Virus record (IMG/VR): IMGVR_UViG_2887863138_000003
Span: 9,185-73,184 of that record
Length of the DNA: 64,000 bases
Direction: 5' to 3' (one strand)
Source: a virus
Taxonomy: Duplodnaviria > Caudoviricetes
Below the pieces are notes generated by a model. It made no database searches, was not told where the DNA came from, and saw only the letters and a program-made list of their open reading frames with translations. Shown here in pieces: positions 35,496 to 45,905 of this stretch (the stretch's first letter is position 1; the number at the start of each line of letters is the position of its first letter). The translations under genes were made by a program, and so were the position numbers.

Positions 35496-37760
35496 CTACC
35501 GAACAGGACACGCCCCACCCTCGCATGAATCCGCGCCCTCTAAATCGCTAGTTCCGTCCGTCTCGTACTTCGCTAGAATTGCCGGATCGAACGGCTTCAT
35601 CTTGGTGCGTAGCTCCTCGTATTCCTCTTTCGTAATAGCCTCGTATGGCGCGAGTTGATACGTGCCGCCATCAAGTGCCAAGAACGATACGCCTACGAAA
35701 TCGTCCCATCCGTCCCACACCGTCTGCTCAACCGTTGCCCATTCGTCCGGCCTCACAGTAATCGTATTGGACGAATTGTGGTCGGTGTACGAACGTTGGA
35801 ATCGGAAGTAAGTCTCGAATTGACGCGTTGCACTTACGTCATCTTTCGTTTCTAACGCGCCAGAAGCAACAGGAAAGTCGATGACCAACGTACGAGCGTT
35901 TGCGAGGCGTTCCGCTTCGGTGTCGCCCGGCGTTCCTACTTCGGGATTCACCGTCCAGCCGAGCTCCTGCGCTACCTTAACGAGTGGATCGGACGCGTTG
36001 ATACGGATACGTCGAATGTAGTACGGGCTGTGCGACCAGTGTAGACCGGAAGATACGCCGCCAGCTAATTGCGAGATGGTGCCCTCCGGCTTGACCGTTG
36101 TCACGAGTAAGGGCGCGTTCACCCGGAGTTCCTTCGCATAGGACTCCGCCTCGTTATTCGCTACGGTGCCGAGGAGTTCGAGTAAATCACGTTCTTGTCG
36201 TTCGCTATAGTTAACGGCTGCCATCGCGTCTTTCCATCCGGTTAGTGACGCGCCGAGAAGCCTGTCACGCTGTTGTATCGCGTCCCAATGTGGCAATTCG
36301 AGTGTTACGAGAGTCATTCGTAAGCCTGCGCGGGCGGAGCGTCGTTGAGCTTGTAGGAGTGTAGAGATGTCGAGTTTACCGTCGCGAACGAACTGCATAA
36401 CGTTGACCGTCGTTAAGTTGCAGACCCCATATGAATCGAGCAGTATTTCCGCGCAGGGATTAAGCCCTTCGGCGTTCGGCCGTCTTCTTCGCGCCTCTTC
36501 CAGATTGATAAACCCGGGTTCGCCTTCCGATTGCATGATCGTAAACACTAGATTCAAAAACTCGCGACTAGGTTTCGTTTCGAACGCGATAGAGTTATTC
36601 GATAGTCTCCGATGATCAAGTCCGAACCGTCCGTCTCCCACCTTCGCAATAGAGTCGAACCACCCCGGCTTTTGTCCGATAGCCTCTAGCATTTCACCTA
36701 CCTTACGATGATGCGCGAGTTGATCCTCCGTCCACACGCCGTTGATGCCGTACTTTGCAAGCAGGCACTCGTAGTCGTCCGCGTCAAAGAGAAATATTTC
36801 GGCTGTTCTGCGCACGCCCCCGACCACTACGTTAGCTCCGATAAGATTGCCGATATCGAGAATGTGGATCGGACGTACGCGGTTGTAGACTGGAATATGG
36901 CCCGAGCCCACTGGTATCTTGATTAGTCGTTGGTCTTTCTTCAACGGAGCCAGCGAAGGATCAATCTGATTCTTTAACACGCGGTCAATCCCCGCAAACA
37001 TCTCCGCAAGGGGTTCGTGGCCCGATGCCGTCCCTCCGAATCGTCTCAGACGTTCACCTTTCGGACGAACCGAGTTGTACGAAATTTTAACGGTGTGGAC
37101 CGATTCGTATTGCGGCTCCGTTAAGACTTCGAAATAGGCTCGGAGGGCTTCGACCCATCCTTCTTTACTGTCGCCCACGTAGACTTTCACGTAGCCGTTA
37201 TCGAGTTCGGTTACCTTTGTTCGTTCCAATCGTCGGTTTACGGGAACAGGTTCGTAGGGTGCGTTGATTAGCGTTGTATTTGTACGGATTGGCGCTAACC
37301 CTGCCGCAAACTTCTTCGTACACTTGAATCCGACGCCTGTACCGATCATTAACAAGTAGAACAGGTCGCCTAAATCCGACCACGATCGAATGTTAATGAA
37401 GGAGCAATTAAAATTCGCGAGAGGGTACTTATCCGCGATTCCACTTTCGGCGCCCCCGACCCACAACGTCCGCCCACTCAGGAATTGACGTAGATTGAAC
37501 ATTCCGTCGAAGAACGACTCGGCTTCGGCCTGTAAACTCGCGTAAGGTACCGTATAGCCGATCTTTTCATAATGCTTTACCGCGAGACCGAAATTGTACT
37601 CCGTAGCACGGCGGCATGTTTCTTTCCACGTCTCACGGCGACCAATTTCGGGCAGCCACCGTGAATATGTCCGGTAATATGCGAACTTGCCGAGCTCGTT
37701 CATGTGTTTGGGAAAGTCCGGGTACGTCTCTATAAATTCATCCGTTAGCAATTGAGTCAA
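35496..37760 (-). CDS. nrdJ: Class II (adenosylcobalamin) ribonucleotide reductase, monomeric RTPR type
   Basis: FNCSF, GGVRRTA, NPCAEI.L...G.CNL, T.VKPEGT.SQL, C-terminal CEGGACPVR. Confidence 0.95.
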   Translation of the reverse strand: MTQLLTDEFIETYPDFPKHMNELGKFAYYRTYSRWLPEIGRRETWKETCRRATEYNFGLAVKHYEKIGYTVPYASLQAEAESFFDGMFNLRQFLSGRTLWVGGAESGIADKYPLANFNCSFINIRSWSDLGDLFYLLMIGTGVGFKCTKKFAAGLAPIRTNTTLINAPYEPVPVNRRLERTKVTELDNGYVKVYVGDSKEGWVEALRAYFEVLTEPQYESVHTVKISYNSVRPKGERLRRFGGTASGHEPLAEMFAGIDRVLKNQIDPSLAPLKKDQRLIKIPVGSGHIPVYNRVRPIHILDIGNLIGANVVVGGVRRTAEIFLFDADDYECLLAKYGINGVWTEDQLAHHRKVGEMLEAIGQKPGWFDSIAKVGDGRFGLDHRRLSNNSIAFETKPSREFLNLVFTIMQSEGEPGFINLEEARRRRPNAEGLNPCAEILLDSYGVCNLTTVNVMQFVRDGKLDISTLLQAQRRSARAGLRMTLVTLELPHWDAIQQRDRLLGASLTGWKDAMAAVNYSERQERDLLELLGTVANNEAESYAKELRVNAPLLVTTVKPEGTISQLAGGVSSGLHWSHSPYYIRRIRINASDPLVKVAQELGWTVNPEVGTPGDTEAERLANARTLVIDFPVASGALETKDDVSATRQFETYFRFQRSYTDHNSSNTITVRPDEWATVEQTVWDGWDDFVGVSFLALDGGTYQLAPYEAITKEEYEELRTKMKPFDPAILAKYETDGTSDLEGADSCEGGACPVR

Positions 37761-37923
37761 TCCGCGTCATCTCCCTTTCGATATCGTTTATCGCGTTAAT
37801 TATCGTTTGCCTGCGTAATTTTAGCGCTAGACATCTTCGTTCACTGACGATTAGGCTCTCGTTTACGTCCTCTAGCTCATCATGTAGGTAACGGAGTGAT
37901 CGTTCAATGTGGGTTTCTTTCAT
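37738..37923 (-). CDS. Small coiled-coil hypothetical protein
   Basis: 61 aa, overlaps the nrdJ start. Confidence 0.55.
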   Translation of the reverse strand: MKETHIERSLRYLHDELEDVNESLIVSERRCLALKLRRQTIINAINDIEREMTRIDSIANG

Positions 37924-38114
37924 TTATTCTCAGGCATTTTCGAAAAGAATACTTTACTCACAATGCCAACTAAGAGGAGTAAAGCTAACCCTTGCGAGAA
38001 TGCGAATTCGATGCCGAAGATACCACCAACAAATACGGACGTTACCCATCCCATGACTAAATACCATAACACCTCACTCAAAATAAACACAGCGATTGAC
38101 AGATGCTGTTTCAT
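37920..38114 (-). CDS. Small membrane protein
   Basis: 64 aa, two TM helices. Confidence 0.6.
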   Translation of the reverse strand: MKQHLSIAVFILSEVLWYLVMGWVTSVFVGGIFGIEFAFSQGLALLLLVGIVSKVFFSKMPENK

Positions 38115-38300
38115 TTAGGTTCCCTCCTTTAGGCATTCGTGGCCTATTAGATAGCACATTACCAGAATAAATATAGTTATTGCGGTGATAGGGTACTCCC
38201 CCGCTGAGTACACTACAATCAAACTTGCTGTGAGGCAAGCAGTCGCCCCTATAAGTAACGCTACGAGGACAAGAAAACCCATGACAATCTTTTTGAGCAT
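38115..38300 (-). CDS. Small membrane protein
   Basis: 61 aa, two TM helices, GGAGG RBS. Confidence 0.6.
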   Translation of the reverse strand: MLKKIVMGFLVLVALLIGATACLTASLIVVYSAGEYPITAITIFILVMCYLIGHECLKEGT

Positions 38301-38312
38301 CGAGAAGCCTCC

Positions 38313-38534
38313 CTACTCTGTGCCGTTTTCAATTACCTCTAGTACCTTTCTAGCCCATACCCTGTCTTGTTCTTTGATCTCCTCCGACAAGGCACTATAA
38401 GGAATCCAATATGCCTGCCATCTCTCCCTACGTTCTAGTGACACTTCATGCGCGACTGATTTGGACCACTTAACCCATTGTTCGTGTTCTAGGTCTGCCA
38501 GTTTTTCTATAATCTCTTTTGTCAAAACACTCAC
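38313..38534 (-). CDS. Hypothetical protein (RyR-repeat-like)
   Basis: LA..EHEQW..W, W.PY..LSEE.KE.DR pattern. Confidence 0.65.
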   Translation of the reverse strand: MSVLTKEIIEKLADLEHEQWVKWSKSVAHEVSLERRERWQAYWIPYSALSEEIKEQDRVWARKVLEVIENGTE

Positions 38535-38710
38535 CTCTCCTCATCTAATCCAAAGATAAATCGACCCACAAAATAACCAGCTATTAGCACGACGATACTC
38601 ACGGGAATGCCTATTAGAAGCGACCCAAATACCCAAGAGGCTAGGCTAACCATCAGGAAGACCACGAACCCAACAGCGATTAAGAACACTAGGCCTGCCA
38701 AAGTAACTAT
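38531..38710 (-). CDS. Small two-TM membrane protein, start uncertain (not in ORF track)
   Basis: GGGAGG followed by open frame IVTLAGLVFLIAVGFVVFLMVSLASWVFGSLLIGIPVSIVVLIAGYFVGRF; no ATG/GTG/TTG at RBS distance. Confidence 0.45.
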   Translation of the reverse strand: MVTLAGLVFLIAVGFVVFLMVSLASWVFGSLLIGIPVSIVVLIAGYFVGRFIFGLDEER

Positions 38711-38728
38711 GAGATGGTTTGCCTCCCA

Positions 38729-39019
38729 TCAAACCGCCTCCCACACTTTGACCATTTTTTCTACTTGATGTACTTCAACGCATTCGACTTCATTCTCGTA
38801 TTCCCATGGTGCCTCGTCCTGACACTCTGTTGCTCCGACACTATAGCCCGTGGAATAATATTTTCCATCGGTCCATTTGAAGATAATGTCGTGGTATATA
38901 GACCATCTTGATTGGTCGACAATTTGATCTAGAATTACTTCCACTCCGTCGTAACCTTCCCATGGAAGCCCATATTCTTTTAACTCTTCCGTTCTGAAAT
39001 TAACTTTTGCCATAATCAA
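38729..39019 (-). CDS. Acidic hypothetical protein
   Basis: SRWSI.H..IF...DGKYY...YS.GATECQDE.PWEY motif. Confidence 0.7.
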   Translation of the reverse strand: MIMAKVNFRTEELKEYGLPWEGYDGVEVILDQIVDQSRWSIYHDIIFKWTDGKYYSTGYSVGATECQDEAPWEYENEVECVEVHQVEKMVKVWEAV

Positions 39020-39540
39020 ATCGCCTCCTCAACGTCTATCAATTTATTCGCGATAAGATACGCCAGCACCACCGCACACGCATCGCTGTCATCGTAGCCA
39101 GCCGCAAACTCGTAGTCTTCCGGCAATCCGAGTATCTTACGTACACTTGCCGCGACCTCGCCCTTCTCCGCCTTGCCATTACCGGTGACCAACCGTTTTA
39201 CAGCCGTCGGACTAATCTCGTCTGTCACCGTATAGCCATACCGAGCCAGCCCTTGGTCAACGGCCGCCCATGCTCCAAATACGCCTTGTCTCGCCCTTTT
39301 CGATCGGCCATCCGTAAAGTCTTCACGTATGATTGCGGTAAGTGGTCCGGCATCGTGAGCAACCGCTACCGTCTTGGCCTCAATGTATGCAAACCGCTGA
39401 CCGTCCGTATGTGCAGTAGATGTAACGAGCGATGAAGCGTATATTAGCGTAGGCACCCGGTTCACTACGTCTATCACCGCAAATCCGGGGTTCATCGAAA
39501 TGTCCAAACCGAGATATCGTTCCTTTTTACGAGTAGCCAT
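39016..39540 (-). CDS. RuvC-like Holliday junction resolvase
   Basis: YLGLDIS..PGFA, IRED, P..VK..VTG.G.A.K, DDSDA. Confidence 0.85.
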   Translation of the reverse strand: MATRKKERYLGLDISMNPGFAVIDVVNRVPTLIYASSLVTSTAHTDGQRFAYIEAKTVAVAHDAGPLTAIIREDFTDGRSKRARQGVFGAWAAVDQGLARYGYTVTDEISPTAVKRLVTGNGKAEKGEVAASVRKILGLPEDYEFAAGYDDSDACAVVLAYLIANKLIDVEEAI

Positions 39541-39543
39541 CGG

Positions 39544-39747
39544 TCACCTCCGTAAGCCCGCTGCGCTCTCTAAATGACGCGCATAGTCGAGCAGATTGTC
39601 GTACACTACGTCTCTGTCCTCCGTATGTAGCTCGGAGGCTAAACGGCGGAGGTCGCCGGACACGACCGCCATCACCGTTTTAAGCGAGTCTACTTCGCGT
39701 TCTAATTCGTCATAATTTTCGATCATCTCATAGGGAACTATTGGCAT
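39544..39747 (-). CDS. Hypothetical protein
   Basis: 67-aa coiled-coil ORF. Confidence 0.55.
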   Translation of the reverse strand: MPIVPYEMIENYDELEREVDSLKTVMAVVSGDLRRLASELHTEDRDVVYDNLLDYARHLESAAGLRR

Positions 39748-39992
39748 TAGGCGGCCACCTCATCGAGCAACGACTCGTGGACCACTACTGATCCTTGAAC
39801 TTTATCCGAGTAGATTATATACAACAGTCCATCCTCATCCCTAGAAGCTTCTGGTTGATACGCAGAACCGAGTACGAAAACCATATCGCCTTCCGCAAAT
39901 ATAGTCTTACTACCAATCTCGTAGTCGCCCCATTGAGCAATTAGTATCTCAGTGTTTAATATTTTCTTAGGACACTCTTTAAAATCAATCAT
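39747..39992 (-). CDS. Hypothetical protein
   Basis: 81-aa ORF, coupled start/stop. Confidence 0.55.
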   Translation of the reverse strand: MIDFKECPKKILNTEILIAQWGDYEIGSKTIFAEGDMVFVLGSAYQPEASRDEDGLLYIIYSDKVQGSVVVHESLLDEVAA

Positions 39993-40587
39993 CAGGCCGC
40001 CACCTCCACGATTTTCGCCCCGTAAGGTACGTACTTCAACGGCCGATCCGGTGCATTTACGACTACATTCCGATAGTCAATACCGCGATAGTCTGCAATC
40101 GGCTTTAGCTTACGGAAGACCTCGATTGTGGCGAGCACATCGTTCATCGCGCGATGGTGTCCGTTTAGCTCGATGCCGTATCGGGCACATACATCTTTTA
40201 ACGAAGCTGACTCCGTAGGTGCTACGAGCTTGGCGAGTGATCGGGTGCAGACGAACTTTTCAAGGAACATAACGCGTCCAGTAACAAACGATAGGTCGAA
40301 TGGGGCATTGTGAGCAACGACCGTAGTATCAGCGAAAAATTTACCTAACGCACTGGTAGCGAAGAAACTGTGAGTGCCTCCGTGCAACTCTCTCTCTCTG
40401 TGATACCCGTCAGTTCCGCGATAAAGTTTGGTAATTCGCGTCCCTCATCGAGCTGCACAAACGTCTGGAACCGACCATACTCACGTTCCAAATCCGTTCT
40501 GATCGCGGCAACTTCGATAATTTGATCGTTCTCGTGGTCGAGCCCCGTCGTTTCCAAATCAATGAACGTGTAGATTTCGCCCATCAA
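39992..40587 (-). pseudogene. DEDDh 3'-5' exonuclease (Pol III epsilon-like), frameshifted in an (AG)6 tract
   Basis: FIDLETTGL..IIEVAA...LTGIT in one frame; VAHNAPFDL...CT..L...HHRAMNDV in the next; removing one AG at 40388-40399 joins them. Confidence 0.9.
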
Positions 40588-41582
40588 GCCACCTCCTTAT
40601 CGAGTATCGAAGTAATTTGTTCGAACGCGACGATATACGATCGTTTCTTCCACTCAGGCATTCGCGACCTACGTACCATCGCCACTTGTCGTTCCAGTTC
40701 ATCGTATTCTTCGGCACTCAACGAAAGGGCGCACGCTGTCTTAAAGTTGTTAAACGTCCACTTTTCAAGGTCAAGCTTCGGCGGTCGGCCCTCTTTCGAT
40801 CGGACAACTATGTCCAACAATTCGTCCCGAAGTCCGATTCGGTCTTGATCCGTGATAGTCACGTGAAACACACGTAAATCAGGCTTGGCCGCGTATTCCT
40901 CATCCGTCAGTACCCAATTGGCTTTAGACGCGTTCACATACACGATGAGGTAGTCGTCTAACGGTGCGTCAGAAGTCCCGTACATTTCCGTATAGCCGAC
41001 GCATTGAGCAACGTGCTTGGCTTCCGGCTCGGTCATCGAATGGGGACTCGTCTTGGCTGCGGTCGTCTGCTTCGACTTGATTTCGAGTCCTACGCGACGT
41101 CCGTCTTTGTATCGGAGGATGCCGTCGGGCTTTCCGTAGAGGGCGAAGCGTTGGCCGTCGTGATCCATAACGTGTAGTTTCTGCGCGAAGTCCTCCCACA
41201 TCGGAAGGCCGTCCGGTGTACGTTCGACGGTGAAGGGCGGTGCCTCCCCGAAAGCACGCTCGTAATGCTTCTCGATGAATAGTAGATCGCGTTGTATTAC
41301 GTCACCGATTGCGGTACCGAGTCGTGTCCAGCGTCCTTGGTGCGGAGGTCGCGGTTGGATATCCTTTTTGGCTCCACGTAGCTTTTCGTATAGTTCGCGT
41401 TTATCTGCGTTGGCGCTAGACGGCGAAAAGTACGGTTGGGCCCGAAAGTTGAAGAACGGGCGGGTACGAAGGGCATTCGCTTTCTGCTCGGAAATTATAG
41501 CGTCAAGCTCGCTGTCCCAAACCTCGGGCGCAGAATGCCATCGGTCAAGCATCATTTTGAAATCATCGGCTAGTTGTGAGAT
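40584..41582 (-). CDS. PD-(D/E)XK (Cas4/RecB-like) nuclease; probable ATC start
   Basis: GKPDGIL....G...GLEIKSKQ, H..QC..Y; AAAGGGG-10nt-ATC. Confidence 0.8.
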   Translation of the reverse strand: MSQLADDFKMMLDRWHSAPEVWDSELDAIISEQKANALRTRPFFNFRAQPYFSPSSANADKRELYEKLRGAKKDIQPRPPHQGRWTRLGTAIGDVIQRDLLFIEKHYERAFGEAPPFTVERTPDGLPMWEDFAQKLHVMDHDGQRFALYGKPDGILRYKDGRRVGLEIKSKQTTAAKTSPHSMTEPEAKHVAQCVGYTEMYGTSDAPLDDYLIVYVNASKANWVLTDEEYAAKPDLRVFHVTITDQDRIGLRDELLDIVVRSKEGRPPKLDLEKWTFNNFKTACALSLSAEEYDELERQVAMVRRSRMPEWKKRSYIVAFEQITSILDKEVA

Positions 41583-41872
41583 AGAGCATCGTCCCCTTTC
41601 GTAACTGTTTCCCATTGGGTGATTTCTACAGTCCTTGTTACTTCTTCTACCTCAACCACATCGCCCCAACAACCATATTCATAGTGCCCAAAATAACTAC
41701 CGGCACGCTCAACATCAAGCATAAAATGCTTCCCGTCAGGTGTTTTAAAAATACACTCGCACACACTATATTTCCCTTGATCTACCCACGAAGTCACTTC
41801 GACCTTTTCGTAATCAAAACCACACTCATCTCCAAAGAATATTGCCAAACGTTGTTCCTCCGTCGTCTTCAT
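41570..41872 (-). CDS. Acidic hypothetical protein
   Basis: WVDQGKYS...IFK..DGK.F.L...R.GSYF..YEY motif. Confidence 0.7.
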   Translation of the reverse strand: MKTTEEQRLAIFFGDECGFDYEKVEVTSWVDQGKYSVCECIFKTPDGKHFMLDVERAGSYFGHYEYGCWGDVVEVEEVTRTVEITQWETVTKGDDALSHN

Positions 41873-41874
41873 AT

Positions 41875-44685
41875 CTACCCGTCCCCCTCTTCACTATCGA
41901 ACCATTCACTCGGTTTAATCTCGCGCATCCAACACGGCTCGATTACTGTGTCACACGCTAAAGGCGTTAACAGTTCGACCGCACCAGTCATCAATCCGTC
42001 TAGGAGCGAGACTGCTTCTGGCGTCATCTGTTCGTTCGGTACGCTGAATTTAAGCTCGTCGTGCAACGTTAGGTTAAATTCCCAACCGCGTGCCAATACA
42101 CACACGTAGTAAGCGAGAATCATTATGATTTGTAGTACGTTCGCGCCCGAACCTTGAATCGTATGGTTGAACGCTTGACGCTCGGCACGCCCTGTCGCTC
42201 GGATTAATTGCCAGAACTCCGTGCGCTCCTCGAATTTTAGGCGGCGCGACTTCCGACCAAGCTCAGGGTCGTTCTTATCCTTGATTCCGGCCTTACTCAT
42301 GAGTGTGCATAACCGTTTCCACTGCGCTACATATTCGGGGAATCTTCGTTTCTGACCCCATAGTGTCGCGACCCATCCGTATTTTCGAAGATGCTCGAAC
42401 GTGGACTCAACCATCCCTTTGAATCCCGGCAATACCTCGTCAAACTTAGCGTAAGCAACTTTCGCCGCCTCTTCTGACACGCCTCGTTTAACCGCAGTCT
42501 TAGCAAACTGTTCAACTGCCTGCCCGTAGCCCTCCGCAAGAAACATGTCCTTCATCAACTTACGGTAAGGAACCGTTGCTAGACCACCTTTGTAGGCGGA
42601 TTCCTCACATAGCTCACGATCAACCCCAAATAGAATTGCGGCAAACTCAACGTAAGGATCGAGGCCTTTTCGGTACATCTCCGCGAACGAATGATCATTA
42701 AACTCGGATGCCATTCGGTGAGCTTGAATGCGTGGCTCAATCGAGGACAAGTCGCTACCGAGGTACGTGTAACCCGGTGCAGGCTCGAATGTCATACGGA
42801 CGCGTGTCCCCTCTTCACTGCGCGACGGTATGTTTTGAAGGTTTGTTCCCTTCTTGACCCCAACATCGCAAGCTACGAGGGCTTCCATAGTAGCTAAGTA
42901 ATTATCGTCACCAATATGTGCTGGTTTTAAGTGGTTCGGCTTGCCTTTGTACCCACTCGATCCGTAGCGTCCAGTGGAAACTGTTCGGAGCTGAGTATGT
43001 AGGCGGCCGTCCACGTCTAAAGATTCCGGTATCTTATCAATGTATGTGCCGAGTAACTTGCTGTAGGTCGCGTATTCCGCCAGTGGCGCAAGGGCCGGCT
43101 CCTCTTCGAAGTACTTCTGCAATACATCCGAGGACACAGCGCGCTCCTTCTTCTTATCCTTAACGATTTCTTTCGTCCTGTCTCGGATACCCAACCGGTC
43201 ATAGATGAGATACGCGAGGTGATCGTTCGATGATAGGTTGAACTCGCGGATGAAGTCGGGTGCGTTCTGTGGGATGGCTTCGGGCAGTTTTTCGGACTCA
43301 TATCGTTTGCTCCGCATTTTTAGATCGGCATATTTTTTCGTAGATGGATTGGAGGTCGCGAGTTCGGATCGGCACCGTTGGAGCATCTCGTGACGCTTTT
43401 GAATACGTTCTTGTTGCGCCTTACACCACGAACTAATCTTATCGCCTCGTAACGCCATCGACATGTCGTATAGGAACGCGTCGTCGATCTTGTAAGTATC
43501 GAATATGGCTTTCTCGGCGGCTTCGAACTTCGGCCGGAACTCATCGCCAAGCCCCGACAGCTTTACGAGATTGACCTGAAAGCCTGTTCGTTCGATTGTT
43601 ACGTTGACCTCGGGCAAGAACTGGCGAATCTGGAAATATGGGACGTGAAGGTTGTCGCTCGCAAGCATCATTTCGATTTGCCAACGTGTCAAATACCACC
43701 CCTTGTGTACGTCCTTGATAGCGTAGATGCCCACGACCTCGATCGGGTACTTCATCGGGGAGGTACTGCCGAATAGATCCTCAAAGGTATAGTCGTCGAA
43801 TACAACGTGATATCGCGAAGTAATATACTTCTTGTATTTCGTGAGTAATGGTTTCAACGCGTAGGATTCTTCGTGGTCATTTAGGATGAATTGTGCGTCC
43901 TTCGAATCATATCGGATGCCTCGTGGTCTGAATCCGTCATTTAGCAGCATTGCCAAGTCAAACTCTGCATTATGAAACGACTTGACGTGACCCGCGTCTT
44001 CCATGAAAGCTCGGACAGCATCGAGAGCCTTCGAACGTGTACACTGGTCTTCCCCGGTCAGATGCCCATACGCAACGTAATAACCTTCATCCAGTAACGG
44101 AAGCCAAAACGAGTAGCCGCCGGTCAGGTCGATCATTTTGTCCAAACCGGAGGTCTCGGTGTCCCACGCGGTAAAAGACTGTACGAGAGGCAGTTCGATG
44201 CCATACGAGAGCAACTTACGTCTGATGTGGGTATCGTTGAACAGCCCGAATGCCTTTCGGAACCATTCGTCTGCCTGTTGAAGCCGAACTTCTTCGCGTA
44301 GCCGATCCATCATACGAGCGAGTTGCCCGTCGTTTGTGATCACGTGGTAGTTGGTCGGCTTGTTCCGAAGAGTCTCCGCAATTCTCTCTTCGCGGGCCTC
44401 CGTGGCTTGCGCCGCCATGATACGGCGCCCCATTTCGAGGACTTCGGCTTTCGAGAGCTTCTTCTCCGAGAGCCTGCCTATCGCCCCGGAGAAGAATGCG
44501 GTCTTGGCTGTTTCGTAGATGACACGTTCCTTGTCGGTTAGTTTCTGAGCGCCGACCCGCGCCCACGCCTGCTCGATCGTTTCTTTTGCGGCAGACTTAC
44601 GTTTAGTCGCGTCTGCCACTCGTTGCTTAACCTCAGCGTCGGCTACGGTCGGTGAACGGAGTTTTAACGATAACTTTACGGTCAG
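41875..44685 (-). CDS. polA: Family A DNA polymerase with 3'-5' exonuclease; probable CTG start
   Basis: Exo WDTETSG, FHNAEFDL; motif A SDLSSIEPR, motif B RKLMKDMFLAEGYG, motif C LHDEL; GAAAGGAGG-8nt-CTG 66 nt upstream of the track start. Confidence 0.95.
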   Translation of the reverse strand: MTVKLSLKLRSPTVADAEVKQRVADATKRKSAAKETIEQAWARVGAQKLTDKERVIYETAKTAFFSGAIGRLSEKKLSKAEVLEMGRRIMAAQATEAREERIAETLRNKPTNYHVITNDGQLARMMDRLREEVRLQQADEWFRKAFGLFNDTHIRRKLLSYGIELPLVQSFTAWDTETSGLDKMIDLTGGYSFWLPLLDEGYYVAYGHLTGEDQCTRSKALDAVRAFMEDAGHVKSFHNAEFDLAMLLNDGFRPRGIRYDSKDAQFILNDHEESYALKPLLTKYKKYITSRYHVVFDDYTFEDLFGSTSPMKYPIEVVGIYAIKDVHKGWYLTRWQIEMMLASDNLHVPYFQIRQFLPEVNVTIERTGFQVNLVKLSGLGDEFRPKFEAAEKAIFDTYKIDDAFLYDMSMALRGDKISSWCKAQQERIQKRHEMLQRCRSELATSNPSTKKYADLKMRSKRYESEKLPEAIPQNAPDFIREFNLSSNDHLAYLIYDRLGIRDRTKEIVKDKKKERAVSSDVLQKYFEEEPALAPLAEYATYSKLLGTYIDKIPESLDVDGRLHTQLRTVSTGRYGSSGYKGKPNHLKPAHIGDDNYLATMEALVACDVGVKKGTNLQNIPSRSEEGTRVRMTFEPAPGYTYLGSDLSSIEPRIQAHRMASEFNDHSFAEMYRKGLDPYVEFAAILFGVDRELCEESAYKGGLATVPYRKLMKDMFLAEGYGQAVEQFAKTAVKRGVSEEAAKVAYAKFDEVLPGFKGMVESTFEHLRKYGWVATLWGQKRRFPEYVAQWKRLCTLMSKAGIKDKNDPELGRKSRRLKFEERTEFWQLIRATGRAERQAFNHTIQGSGANVLQIIMILAYYVCVLARGWEFNLTLHDELKFSVPNEQMTPEAVSLLDGLMTGAVELLTPLACDTVIEPCWMREIKPSEWFDSEEGDG

Positions 44686-44703
44686 AGCGACCGCCTCCTT
44701 TCG

Positions 44704-45903
44704 TTACGCTACTCGTAAGTTAACGGAGGATTCTACTGGCGCGATGAGCTCTAGCTGATCCGCCTTAGTCCATGTTCCGTCGGTACTCTCCACAAACGCG
44801 GGCTTACTTAGCCGGTAAGGCATAGAAGTTCCATCATCATCTACGACAGTGGTGATAATTCCTACATGCTCATTTAGACCGTGACAAACCGATGCTCCAA
44901 GGAATCTTACCGTGTCGCCTACCTTAAACTTGCCAACCTTACGGCCGAGTGCGGCCCATTTCACCTCCTCGTCGGTTGCCTTCTCTAGTTGATCAGGCTT
45001 CGCGTAGCCCCTACTTCCATTTTGTCTTTCAATAGTCACTCCATCATCGTCCTCGCGTAAGCCAACAGTATAGATACCTCCATCATCAAAACCTAACAGT
45101 GGAAACTCTCTTCCGCCGCTAACCAAACGCACCTTATCGCCCGGCTCAAACTGATCAAGTGCGACTTTACGCAATGCTTCTGCAACCTCTTCGTCAGTGG
45201 CGCGGACTAGTCCATCCTCTAGGAACCAGCCTGTGATCCTCTCGTCTAAGTCCTCGGCACGGTATGGCGTGCGGGACTCATCATCGCAGACAACCTTCAC
45301 GATTTGCCCAACTGAGGCGTGTGTCATATCGGCCTTTACCACTTTCGCATACTCCCCGACTTTCAAACGTTTAGCTTTCTTCTTCATCGCTTCCAGCTCG
45401 GCAACTCTCGCTTGTGCCGCGGCTAGTTCCTCGTCGATGGAAATCGGCTCTAGTACGACGTATTCACGGTGATAAAGGCCTACCCCTGACCCACACACCG
45501 ACACACCGGTACTACGCTTTGACGTAACATACAGAACATCCCCATTCTTATAGGCACTTCCTGCGTACTGTGCATTCACAACGATGATCTTCTCTCCCGG
45601 TTCTGCCTCTCGCGCGACCTTACGATAAGTCACGCCCTCATGCGTTACTAGTTCGTTCGGAACAGTGCCGATTTTTTCGAGTAACTCGTAATCATCTTCA
45701 TCGCCCACAGTGTCGTATGTCTCGCCGTACTCGTTGATAATCTGCGGGTCATCGAAATAGTCGATTTCTACTACCTCATACGGTTTTTCTGCTACGATAT
45801 AGTCTCCGTGCGACTCACCATACATTAGGTAATCGCCTACCTGCGCATCACGATCCGTTACCACACGATATTGAACGCCATTTACCGTTTTGAAGTTTGC
45901 CAT
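44704..45903 (-). CDS. Phage protein with tandem SH3/KOW-like repeats
   Basis: YRKVAREAEPGE.II...EYVVLEP module plus repeated ..VG..V......PYR...L..ATDEEV modules. Confidence 0.75.
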   Translation of the reverse strand: MANFKTVNGVQYRVVTDRDAQVGDYLMYGESHGDYIVAEKPYEVVEIDYFDDPQIINEYGETYDTVGDEDDYELLEKIGTVPNELVTHEGVTYRKVAREAEPGEKIIVVNAQYAGSAYKNGDVLYVTSKRSTGVSVCGSGVGLYHREYVVLEPISIDEELAAAQARVAELEAMKKKAKRLKVGEYAKVVKADMTHASVGQIVKVVCDDESRTPYRAEDLDERITGWFLEDGLVRATDEEVAEALRKVALDQFEPGDKVRLVSGGREFPLLGFDDGGIYTVGLREDDDGVTIERQNGSRGYAKPDQLEKATDEEVKWAALGRKVGKFKVGDTVRFLGASVCHGLNEHVGIITTVVDDDGTSMPYRLSKPAFVESTDGTWTKADQLELIAPVESSVNLRVA

Positions 45904-45905
45904 TA

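Noticed and set aside
35260-35658. Plus-strand 132-aa ORF as a moron
   Set aside because: No RBS; the 3' part is antisense to nrdJ; the region is better explained by RNA-like stems.
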